Assembly (NCBI GenBank): GCA_043228905.1
Contig: JBHGNT010000014.1
Coordinates: forward strand, 17,298,001-17,362,000
Direction: 5' to 3'
From: Azolla caroliniana
Taxonomy: Eukaryota; Plantae; Polypodiophyta
Length of the DNA stretch: 64,000 nt
The notes below the pieces were generated by a model. That model did no database searches and was not told where the DNA came from. It saw only the letters and a program-made list of their open reading frames with translations. Positions 39,151 to 50,809 of this stretch are shown in pieces. A program made the position numbers and the translations under genes. Numbering within the stretch: position 1 is the first letter of the stretch; each line of letters starts with the position of its first letter.

Positions 39151-42100
39151 AAAGGGCTGTCAAGGCGTGGGGCCGCGATAGTCCGGACACTCTGGGAAAA
39201 CCCCACAAATGTACGATAGAGGCGAAACCGAAGAAACCTTGTACCATAAGATGGAAGTTTTGTTTCTCCGACAACGAAGGGTGTACGATAGTTGGCGTCG
39301 TTGGCCGAGAAAAGACAAGGGCGGAAGAGTGACTTCGGGCATGCGGAGTTCTCGGGCCTAGCGAGGAAATCAACGGAGCCGTGGAGGCGGTCTCCTTCGA
39401 CGATACCTTGGGAATACTGCGAGAGGTGGTCGGAGAGGGCCTTAAAGAGGACCGGACGATACCGGTTTGTTCAGAAGAGATGTACGAAGTCATCGCGGAC
39501 TTCAGTCGAGGGCTCGAGTCGGATCGGACGGCCTGGGTTAACACGAAGTACAAGACTGTGGACCGGAAGGTAAGGCCAGTCGCGGCACCCTTACCGGAGG
39601 GCAGCGAGTTGCGAATCAAGGGGGTCGCGTTGGACCCCAGTTTACGAGATCCGGCCTGCATAGGACACACCTTCACCGACAGAACGCTACGGGAGCTCAA
39701 AATCGGTGGGGGCGGGTTCCTACTACCGGCGGAAGAAGACCGGTTTCGGAGAATGCTCGGAAGGCACGGGAAAGCCTTCGCATTCTCACCGGAAGAGATC
39801 GGGTGCGTAGACCCGACAGTCGTGAAGCCGATGGTGATATTCACGGTACCGCATGTGCCGTGGAATCTCAAACCAATTCCGGTACCGAGAGCTTACATCC
39901 CGGAGCTGATGGAGCTGTTGAGGCAGAAAGTCGATATGGGCATCCTCGAACCGTCGAGTGCCCCGTACTCGAACCGGTGGTTTATCGTACCGAAGAAGAA
40001 CGAGACGTTGCGCTTCATTCAAGACCTGCAACCGGTCAACAGAGTGACCATTCGGAACGCAGGAATTGGACGAACGATAGACGAGTTCGTGGAGGCCTTC
40101 GCCGGAAGGTCGATCTACTCGGTCGGTGATCTGTACTCGTGGTACGATCAGTTCCAACTAGCCGTGGAGAGCAGAGACATTACGACGATGCGGACTCCTC
40201 TCGGCCTAGTGCGGATGTGTACCCAGCCACAAGGAGGGACGAACTCGGTGGCCCACATGGTGAATGCGATGAACAAGGTGTTGAGGGATTGTATCCCGGA
40301 CATCACCATGCCATTCTTGGACGACATCCCGATCAAGGGATGTCCGGTGGAGGAAAAGGACGAAACGATCGGACCGGACGGATGCCGGAAATTCGTGGCG
40401 ACACACATTGACGACTGCAAGAGGGTGCTGCAGAGGCTAGAGGACGCGAGGCTCACCTTCTCCGGGGAGAAATCGTCCTTCGGGCAATCAGAGATCATGG
40501 TCGTCGGACATCTATGCGGACCGTATGGCCGGAAACTGTCTCCGGCTAAGGTGGAAGCCATCTCCGCAATGAAGCCCGACTGTAACTCGGTCACGGAGGT
40601 ACGGAGGTTCTTGGGAGCATGCGCGTTCTACCACATATGGATCCCGCATTACGCCCACGTTGCCCAGCCACTATACGGGTTGCTTAAAAAGGGGCGAAGA
40701 TTCGAGTGGCGAGACGAGCATACGGAGTCGGTCCGAAAGATGAAGGAGGCTCTTGCTGCAGCTCCGACACTCTGGAAGGTTGTCTACGAGAAAGGCACTC
40801 CCATCTACATAATGGTAGATACAAGTCCGACTGGGATCGGATGGGTCGTCAACCAAGAAGATGAGGATGGCATTCGGTTCCCAATCCGGTTCGGGGCGAA
40901 GGTCCTCAACGAGTGACAGCGAGGATACGTCCAGGTTAAACGCGAACTCTGGGGTATCGTTTCGGCGGTGAAGGCCGATAAAGACTATCTGATCGGAACA
41001 GAGGTGATTATCGAGACGGACTGCCTGCCGATTCTCGGCATGGTTTCCGGATGCGCAACCCCGGACCTGGCAATGCTCAGGTGGATAGCGTACATCAAGT
41101 CCCTGGATCCGGAAATACGACACATTTCCGGGAAAGACAATGCCATGGCCGACATGCTTTCGAGGGCGCGATTCGACGACGAGGGCGGCATGGTTTCGGA
41201 GGACGAGGAAGTCGGCATGGACTTCTTCGAGGCGGCTTACGTGACAACCGAGGGGGGGAGCACTCCGGCGCTTAACGATTTCAACGAGAGCAAGTACGAC
41301 GGGGAGTGGCTGCAGATTGGGGGATTCTTGAGGACGATGACGCCGGACGTGTCATGGACAAAGAACGAGGCCAACCGGATCCGGAAGAAAGCATACCGAT
41401 TCTTTCTTCGGGACGGATACTTGTGGAAGCACCCGAAGAAGAGAAACGACATCTCGCTCCGAGTAGTGGCGATGGAGGAGGAACAGGAGGAGTTGCTGAA
41501 GGCCTACCACGACAGCCCCTGGGCTGGACACCGTGGGACGTGGGCCACGTTCGAGAAACTAAAGGGGAAGTACTAGTGGCCGGGACTGTACTGGGACATG
41601 CATCGGTTTGTGACAACTTGTGAGAGCTGTCAGATACACTCCATAGTCCGACATTGGGACGAGCTTCACCCTACATACCCTCCGGCCATCCACTTCAAAT
41701 GGATGGTAGGTTTGGTGACAATGCCGATGGGCGTAGGGCAGATGCGATATTTGGTGCTGGCCCAGGAGGACTTGACGAACCAGGTGGAAGGCTGAGCCCT
41801 ATAGAACAAAACGACCGCGGCCGTGTGCCGGTTCCTGATCGAGGACGTGATATGCCGGTACGGGTGCGTCGGGAAGATCGTGGCTGACCGCGGGGAGTTG
41901 GACACCGAAGAGGCCGAGGAGATGTTCGACCGGTTAGGGGTCAAGCTCTCGCTCACCACAGCATACAATCCGGAGGCAAACGGGAAGGTGGAGTGCGGAC
42001 ACGGACCGATCGTCAAAGCGCTAGTCCGGGCGTGCGAAGGCCAGGTCGGGAACTGGCCATGACTGTTACCTTATGCCTTGTGGGCGGACCGGATAATGCA

Positions 42101-42699
42101 CAGTTTGGTAACCGGGTTCATGACGTCAGAGCTCATGTTCGGACAGAAGCCGATCATGCCGATGGAACGGACGATCTCCTCTTGGGCGACAGTGGACTGG
42201 AGAGACGAGATGAGCAAGGAAGAACTGCTAGCGGCGCGTATACGACAGCTCGAGCGGAGGCCAGAGGATGGCGAGGATGAGGAACAAAGCCCGGTTCGAC
42301 CGAACGCACCGGCTCAGACCAAAGAAAATCGAGGAAGGCTACTGGGTGCTAGTCTATGACAACAGCCTCGACAACCAGCACCGGGCAACACGGAAGTTTG
42401 CAAAGTGGTGGTTCGGGCCTTACGTGGTAATGAGCGCCAACGACAACGGCATGTATCACCTGGCGGAACTCGACGGTACGAGGATAGCGATACCGGTAGC
42501 AGGGAAGCGGATCAAAGCGTTCAAGAAGCGCCACGACGGTGAACCGGATCTAAGAGGCCTGGACAGCGACGACGAACAGTCCGAAACGGAGGACGAACCG
42601 ATGGACGAGGAACCGAAACCTGGAACGGTTTTCTCCAACCAGAACCAAATTTTGGCGCATACCGGTGGATGCATGGTTAGGTGGGGGCGGATGTCGTGA
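39141..42699 (+). pseudogene. pol: Gypsy-B Pol (RT, RNase H, integrase) in the -1 frame, with several stops
   Basis: RT motifs DLYSWYDQ and FLDDI, RNase H VDTSPTGIG and ETDC, integrase HHCC (HDSPWAGH...CESC), ADRG, YNPEANGKVE and GPY motif WFGPY. Confidence 0.92.
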
Positions 42700-45014
42700 A
42701 GAAAAATGTCCCTTAGCGCAATCGGTGCATAGCGCGCGTGCACCGGCTCTTCACGCGTGCGCGCCCTTTAATGTATATAATAGAGAATTAGGTACAAAGG
42801 AATATCCTAGGTAGTTAGATTGTGTAGGTAGGAAGTTAATGAGGGAAACGACTCCCTTCTTGAAGCGATAAAAGAGAGGGAGACGCGGGGGGAGAAGAGG
42901 AATATTTTTTTTTTGAGGAGGACGAAGTGTTGTCGGACCGAAACCGAACGCTTCTCCTCTGTTCGTTCTCCATCGCTCTTCTCTGCAGGTTTTCGGGAGG
43001 CTCGCGCTGCTTCGAGGAACGCCCGTGTGCTTCCGGTAGCACCTCCATCCTATCCCCTTTCGTGCGCAGACGAGCAGGCATCGACATCTGTTCGCCGGCC
43101 TGTTCGGTTGTAACCGCTCGCGTGCTCTGTTGTTTATTTGTCATTCGTTAATATACAAACATTTGTGTCTCTCTGTCTCTGTGTCCATTCGTGTCTTCCG
43201 CGTTGACGGGCCGTGTCCCTGTGTTTCTTTGCTCATACGTAACCGGGCGTCTCTCTCTTTCTCTTTCCCCTTCTATCACCTGCTCTTCGGTTCAAGACCC
43301 CGGTGGTCCCGCCTCGTTTCTCCACGCACGCGCGTAGTAACACGACAACGTGTCCAGCTTGTTGGGTGACATCATCTTGGTCAACATGTTCAACCCGTTC
43401 TCCTCTGTGTGGATCTTCTACTCTCTCCCGGAGCCAGTGGTATCTATGTTGGATGTGCTTCGTCCTATAGTGGTACGTCGGGTTCTTTGCAAGGTGGATG
43501 GAATTTTGACAGCCGTAGTAGAGCCGAAATTCCTCCTGCCAGATCCCTAGCTCTCCGATGAAGTCCTTCATCTAGATTACCTCTTTACCAGCTTCTATGA
43601 CCGCCATGTACTCCGCTTCCGTTGTTGATAGTGCAATGGACTTTTGTAGCCTTGACTGCTACGATACGGCTGCCCCTACATATGTCATAGCATATTCGGA
43701 CGTTGACGGGTTGGTATCCACATCAGCCGACATATCCGAATTTGAGAATCCTTCAAGTTGGGGTTTACTTGAGCCGAATTGGAGGCACATACTCAAGGTG
43801 TCTTTCAAGTACCATAGTATCCACTTGACCGCGGTCCAGTGTTCTTTTCCCGGATTGCTCATGAACCGGTTGACCACTCCGACAACATATCAGATATCCG
43901 ACCGGGTACACACCATTGCATACATCAAGCTTCCGACAGCAGAGGCATATGGTATCTTCATCATCTCTGACTTCTCTGGCTTTGTTTTCGAGCTTTGCTT
44001 CCGGGACAGCTTGCAGTTTGCCGGAATTGTTGACTAGACCGGCTTGGCATCCGACATGCTAAACCTTTGAAGCACCTTTGTCATGTACTTCTCCTGTGAC
44101 AAACACAACAACTTCTTTGTCATGTCTCAGACTATGTGCATCCCCAATATTTGTCTCGCCGGACCCAAATCGTTGATTGAGAAGGTCCAGTTCAAGGCCT
44201 TCTTTAGATTCTCGATTTTGGTTCGGTCCGGTCCGGCAATCAGCATGCCATCCACATAATTAGAAGTATCTAGAAGTCTCCTCCGGTGAACTTCTTCACA
44301 AATACGTAGTGGTCGGGATGCGTCTTGTTATATCCTTGATTGGTCGTGAAGGAGTCGAACTTCCGGTACCATTGCCGGGGAGCTTGCTTCAGTTCGTATA
44401 AGCTCTTCTTCAACTGGCACACCAAGTGGTCCTTCCCTTTTTTGACAAATCCTTCTGTTTGTTGCATGTAAATCTCTTCTTCGAGGTCTCCATGTAGGAA
44501 TGCCGTCTTGACGTCTAGTTTCTCTACCTCGAGGTTCATGCTTGCCGCTATGCTCTACAATTTGGCAAAGAAGCCGGGGCAAAGAAACCCCTCCTTTCTT
44601 CTGTTGAAACCCCTTCACCACGATCCGGGCTTTGTACCTTGGTGGATTTCCGGCGTCTCTCAGTTTCAGCTTAGTACAACCACTTGTTCCGGAGCGGTCT
44701 CTTTCCTTTCGGCAACTCCGTTGATTCATATGTGTGGTTCTCATGCAGGGAATCCATCTCATCCTACATGACACTTAACCACTTGCGGTTGTGGGTGTCT
44801 TTCTTTACTTCTTCGAACCTTTCTGACTCTCCCTCGTTAGTCAGCACCACATGCTCTGCATCCGGAAATCTCTAGGGGGGCCTTCTGTCTCTAAGCGGAT
44901 ATCTCCATCCTTGATTTCTGACCACCAGTTCCTCTGTTTGTTCCTCATCCTCATCCGATTGGGGGTCTTGTCTGGTTCCAGTGCCCGATTCTTCTTCTTC
45001 AATCGGTTTGGTCT

Positions 45015-48000
45015 TGTTGAGAATCAAGCTCAACTTGGTCTAGTGTGTGAACTCACCTTGAGAGTGAAGAGACACTCCAACGGTCAAGAGTCACCATTAT
45101 GTCACCACTTTGTATTCTAGCATTTAGTATGAGTCATAGAATCATATTCTATGACACATAACTTATGAGCTTTCACATTCCCCATGCTCCATGAGTCTTG
45201 TAGTTAATGAAGAGAGAGGGTGACTACATAAAGCACCCTCCTCCCACTTTGTAAAGTGTTGAGTCTTTCTCCTTTGTCAATATACTTTTACCTTGCGTAT
45301 TCCTTGTCTCTCTCTCACTCACTCTCTCTCTCTCATACACACACATAACTCATATCTCTTCCGCTTCACAAGAATCCATCTCTTGATTCTTTACATGGTA
45401 TCAGAGCGATTTGGTAGCACAATCTAGCCCATTCGCCTCATCGTGATCGTGTGTTGTGCTCCATGCCGACAACCAAGAACCGGCTCATCGCTATTGTAGC
45501 TTCGCTACATATCTCGCATTCGAAGAGAGAAGAAGAAGAAGAAGAATCGACATAATGAATACTCAAATGGGGAGCGCTCTCCCTATCGAGAAGTTGGATC
45601 GAAACAACTTCGCATCTTGGGAGTACAAGATGCACCAATACCTTGTCGGACAAGGCTATTGGAGCTACATCAAAGGAGCACATGAAGACCGACCCGCCGA
45701 AGCGGCTCCCGGATACGCGACATGGGAGCAAGCCGCAAGCCGTGTGATGTATTGTTTGGTGACATGTGTTCACGACCACATGCTCAGTTACATTCGAGAA
45801 GCCAAGACGCCGAAGGAAGCGTGGGAAAATCTATGAAAGATTTTCGCCGCCAACACGACCGCAAGGAAGCTTCAACTCCGCCAAGAGTTGAACAACATTC
45901 AACAAAGGGACATGTCTATCACGACATACACCTTGAAGATCAAGGAGCTTTGCAACTCAGTCGGCTCAATAAGCGTAAGTATAGATGATGATGAGATGGT
46001 GCAAATATGCCTCGGCGGCCTCGCACCACGGTTCGGTGCGATGCGAACCGCCATTTTAGCATGGGAAAAATCTCCCTCCTTCTTCGAGCTCCAATCAATG
46101 CTATTGGTCGAAGAAAACCACGTGCGTACAAGGAGCAATGAGTCGGAAGGCCACATGCTCTACACGCACTCTAATGGAGGAAGAGGACGCGGACGAGCGA
46201 GAGGCCGATTCGGCCAAGGACAAGGCAGACGAGGTTCGACCTACGCCGATAACTCCCAATTTCGGCCACAAAACGGAGGCCAACGAGGAACCTTCGCAAG
46301 AAGGGGGAGCTTCCACTCCGGTCCGAGCCGTCAAAACGCAACCGAATGCGGATATTGCGGAAAGCTCGGCCACCACCAAGAAGAGTGCCGAAAGAAGATG
46401 CGTGAATCGGCTTCCACAAGCCGACAACTCATGAATTACGCGCACAATTCCAACTACGAAGAGTATAGCGGAATGTACGGGCACAACTCCGACTACGAGG
46501 ATCGTGGTGGAATGTACGCATACAACTCTGACCGTGGCGGAATGTTCATGATGAAACATAGAGCAAACTCTATGTCGACCGCTACCTCAACTAGTGCCTC
46601 TGGTCCGGAAGATGTATGGTTCGTCGATTCCGGTGCCTCGAACCATATGACATCGCATTAAGAATGGTTCCGAGAACTTCGAGAGCCGGACCGACCCGGC
46701 TATGTCGAAACCGGAGACGACACTACGCACCCGATTCGGCACATTGGCAATGTTCCGTTCGGAAAAGAAGGTAAGCAAAATTACATTAAAAATGTCTTGC
46801 ATGTATAGACCATTACAAAGAATTTGGTCTCCGTTGGCCAAATTGTAGAGCAAGGTATGCAAGTTCGATTTAATAAAGGCGGTTGCTTCATCGAAAAAGA
46901 GGGCCGACTCATCGCACGTGGACGAAGAGAGGGCCGGATGTTTGTTCTCGATTCACGCGAGATAAAATCCGCCATGTTCGTGAAAAACACGAAAGCCGAC
47001 TCCGATATAGAGCTATGGCACAAGCGAATCGGCCACATCAATGTCAACAAACTCAAAGAAATGAAATCGAAAGGAGTCGTCATCGGACTCCCGACATTCA
47101 AAGAGAAGGAGATTGAAGGTGTATGCGAAGCGTGCCAATTCGGCAAGCAACACCGACACCCATTCCCGAAAGAGCGGAACGTGAGCAAAGGTCTACTAGA
47201 CGTAGTCCATTCTGACGTATGGGGACCGGCGCAGACGGCTACATTTGGCGGATGCCGATATTACGTGCTCTTCATCGACGACTTCTCTAGGCACACTTGG
47301 ATCTACCCAATGCGGTAAAAGAGCGAAGTGTTCAGACACTTCCAAAATTTCAAGAATGAAGTCGAGAAAGCCACGGGCCGACATGTACGATGCCTTCAAT
47401 CGGATGGCGGCAAGGAGTACTTCTCGGATGATTTCACAGCGTATCTCCGAAAGGAAGGAATTCGGCGAGAATTCACTTGTCGACACACTCCGCAACAAAA
47501 CGGAGTAGCCGAGCGCAAAAATCGGCACATCCTCGAAGTAGCGCGGGCCATGATGAACGAGAAGCATATGCCCAAGTCATATTGGGCCGAAGCTGCAAAT
47601 ACGGCCATCTACCTAATGAACCGGTGCACAACATCCGGCGTGCACGAGGTCACTCCGCACGAAAAATACTTTGGAAAGAAGCCGGACTTATCGCACATCC
47701 GGATATTTGGTGCGATAGCGTATGTGCACATCCCCGACGAGAAGCGTCAAAAGCTTGACCCGAAGTCAGAGAAATGTATCCTCGTAGGATACTCACTTGA
47801 ACAAAAGGGGTACAAGTGCTACAACCCCTCAACTTGAAAATCTCAAGTAAGTCGAGACGTCGTTTTTGACGAGTCCACATCTTGGTACGCACCGGAGACA
47901 ACTTCGCCTCCGACTCCGCTCGACCTGGAATCTGCCGAACAAGAGATTGAGGATGAAGATCGACCTACGCGCATGATCGAAGAAAGTCCGATTACGACCT

Positions 48001-50520
48001 GACTGAGCGGACCACAAGAGCCTTTGAGCGATCAAAGCACATCACGACCTAGTCCGAAGATGGACAAAGGCAAGGCGAAAATGGCGGAATATGAAGACAA
48101 TGAATCGACTCACTCACTCGACAGTGAGTTCGGCAATTTCGAGGTACCAATTGGAGCCAAGAAAGCCCTCATCTCTGCAAATGAAAAGCTCCACCGATCC
48201 ACTCGTGAAAAGAACCTCGTAAGCCGATTCGGCTACAACGATTATATGGCGTACCATTACACCTTTATGATGAAGGTAGCGACAGTACGAGAGCCAGAAA
48301 CCTTTTCGGACGCCGCGAAGGACCCACGATGGATCAAAGCAATGAACGAGGAGATGCAGGCACTAAGGAAGAACGAGACGTGGGATCTCGTTCCCACCTC
48401 ATCACACAAAAAGGCGATTGGATGCAGATGGATCTACAAGGTAAAGTATAACGCTGATGGCTCCGTAAACCACTACAAAGCTCGACTCGTAGCGAAAGGA
48501 TATGCTCAGACACATGGCGTCGACTACGAAGAGACCTTTGCCCGGACACATGGCAAAGATGACGACGGTGCGGACCGTAATTGCGATTGCCGCGGCGAAA
48601 GGGTGGCACCTCCATCAAATGGACGTCAAGAACGCCTTTCTACAAGGTGAATTAGAAGAGGAGGTGTACATGATCCAACCACCCGGCTTCAACTCGAGCA
48701 CTCATTCAAAAGCTGTATGCCGACTCAAGAAGCCACTCTACGGCCTCAAGCAAGCACTGCATGCTTGGCATTCGAAGATAACGCAATATCTTCATCAAAT
48801 CGGCTTCCGTATGTCAAAATCGGACAACTCCCTCTATATACGAAGCGATTCCGCAAGTTTGATCGTCATCATCTTATATGTGGATGACCTAGTCATTGGA
48901 GGTGAGCATCTCGCCAAAATCACTAAGGTCAAATCCCTCCTTTTCGACAAGTTCGAGATGATGGACATGAAGGAGCTCCACTACTTCCTTGGCATTGAGG
49001 TAATTCGGACTCCGGCCGGAATCATGATCTCTCAACGGCACTACATCCTCAACTTGTTATACAAGTTTGGGATGGCTGAGTGCAAATCCGTGGCAACCCC
49101 GCTCGATCGTAATCTCAAACTAGATGTGAACTCCGACACCAAAGCGTGTGAGCCGACTCAGTATCGGCAACTCATCGGGAGTCTCATCTACCTCACGATC
49201 ACATGACCGGATCTCAGTTATCTGATCGGTCTCCTTAGCCAATTCATGCAAACACCGTGTGATACTCACTTGGATTGCGCTAAGCAAGTTCTACGCTACG
49301 TGAGCGGCACAATGGATTGCGGCATCCTCTACAAGACCGCGATGCCAATACGACTCGAGGGGTACACAGACGCTGATTGGGCAGGCTACAAAGCTGATAG
49401 AAGATCAACCTCCGTATTTGTTTTCTCCCTCGGCAGCGGAGCAATATCCTGGAGTAGCAAGAAGCAGCCTACCGTCGCTCTTTCGAGTATAGAGGCGGAA
49501 TATAGGGGCGCAGCCGTAGCTGCATGTGAAGCCGTATGGCTTAAGAGGATTTTGAAGGATTTGGGCATTCCCATCAAGGATCCAACTCCCCTTTACTGCG
49601 ACAACATGAGCAGTATTTATCTGGCTCGGAACCCGGTGTTCCATGCGCGGACAAAGCACATTGAAGTGCACTATCACTTCATCCGAGAGCGCATTCTAGC
49701 TGGCAATGTCGACCTACAACACATTAGCACCAATCTTCAAACGGTTGACATCTTCACTAAAGCCTTAGGAGCCGACAAGCTATGGCAATTCATGACCGAT
49801 CTCAGATTGATGATCCCTGACCTGCCAAGCTTGGGGGGGATTACTAAAGACACTACGCAACAACGCTTAGATTCCACAACCGCGCAGTACGCAATAACGC
49901 ATGGATTCCGCAACCACACAACAAAGCCGCGAAGAAAGACGCAAGCCGAAGCACAGACTTCGCAACTACGCACGCAAGTCGAAGCACAGACTTCGTAACT
50001 ACGCACAACGCAAGCTTGAGCACGGATTCCACAACTCCGCATACATGCGAGTCGACACGAGTCGACGCGGATTCCAGAACGCGAGTTGAAGCGGATTTTG
50101 GATACCGTCTGAAACCGACCCGACTTGAGCTTGAGGGGGCGTGTTGAGAATCAAGCTCAACTTGGTCTAGTGTGTGAACTCACCTTGAGAGTGAAGAGAC
50201 ACTCCAATGGTCAAGAGTCACCATTATGTCACCACTTTGTATTTTAGCATTTAGTATGAGTCATAGAATCATATTCTATGACACATAAATTATGAGCTTT
50301 CACATTCCCCATGCTCCATGAGTCTTGTAGTTAATGAAGAGAGAGGGTGACTACATAAAGCACCCTCCTCCCACTTTGTAAAGTGTTGAGTCTTTCTCCT
50401 TTGTCAATATACTTTTACCTTGCGTATTCTTTGTCTCTCTCAATCTCTCTCTCTCTCTCATACACACACATAACTCATATCTCTTCCGCTTCACAAGAAT
50501 CCATCTCTTGGTTCTTTACA
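45015..50520 (+). mobile_element. Copia-F: full-length Ty1/copia element of a different lineage from Copia-A/C/E, inserted in Copia-A
   Basis: LTRs 45015-45395 and 50142-50520 are nearly identical. Perfect TSD ggtct (45010-45014, 50521-50525). PBS tggtatcagagc (tRNA-iMet) at 45396-45407. PPT gagggggcg at 50133-50141. Confidence 0.96.
45555..49850 (+). pseudogene. Copia-F Gag-Pol with several stops and a frameshift
   Basis: Gag (KLDRNNFASWEYKM; CGYCGKLGHHQEEC), protease WFVDSGASNHM, integrase (VHSDVWGP, SDGGKEY, PQQNGVAERKNR), RT (QMDVKNAFL, LYVDDL) and RNase H (YTDADWAG, RTKHIEVHYHF). Confidence 0.92.
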
Positions 50521-50809
50521 GGTCTCTTGTCCGAATCTGGCCGGTTCTTTGAGTGTCCGACTTTCAGCCAGATGGGTCCTTGCATCTCTGTCCATCGACC
50601 CGGAGTTCGCTATACTCTTCTCTGACTCCCAGTCGGATATTGTCATGTCTTCCATGAAGACTATGTCTCGACTCCGGAAGACCTTCTTGTTGACCAAGTC
50701 CCACACCCGGTGTCGCGTTATTACGCGTGTGCGTGTAGAAGGGGCGGAACCACCGGGATCTCGGACTAGGGAGTAGAGGAGAAAGAATAAGACACAAAAT
50801 GGAAGCTTA

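Larger units (their letters stand above)
36333..43347 (+). mobile_element. Gypsy-B: full-length non-chromovirus Ty3/gypsy element with tRNA-Trp PBS (possibly Phygy/Selgy-like)
   Basis: Highly similar 656-bp LTRs at 36333-36988 and 42692-43347 (TG...CA). The 4-bp TSD acgt is at 36329-36332 and 43348-43351. PPT ggtgggggcgga precedes 42692. Domain order is gag-PR-RT-RH-INT. Confidence 0.96.
35858..50710 (-). mobile_element. Copia-A (Tnt1/Tork-like): 3' LTR and RNase H/RT/integrase end, split by nested insertions; the remainder is not seen in the window
   Basis: 3' LTR 35858-36274, then PPT agctccccctt. Collinear pol pieces at 36286-36332, 43348-45014 and 50521-50710 ([25 protein letters not shown]-like, WDLVNKKVFRSRDIVF). 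Confidence 0.88.
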
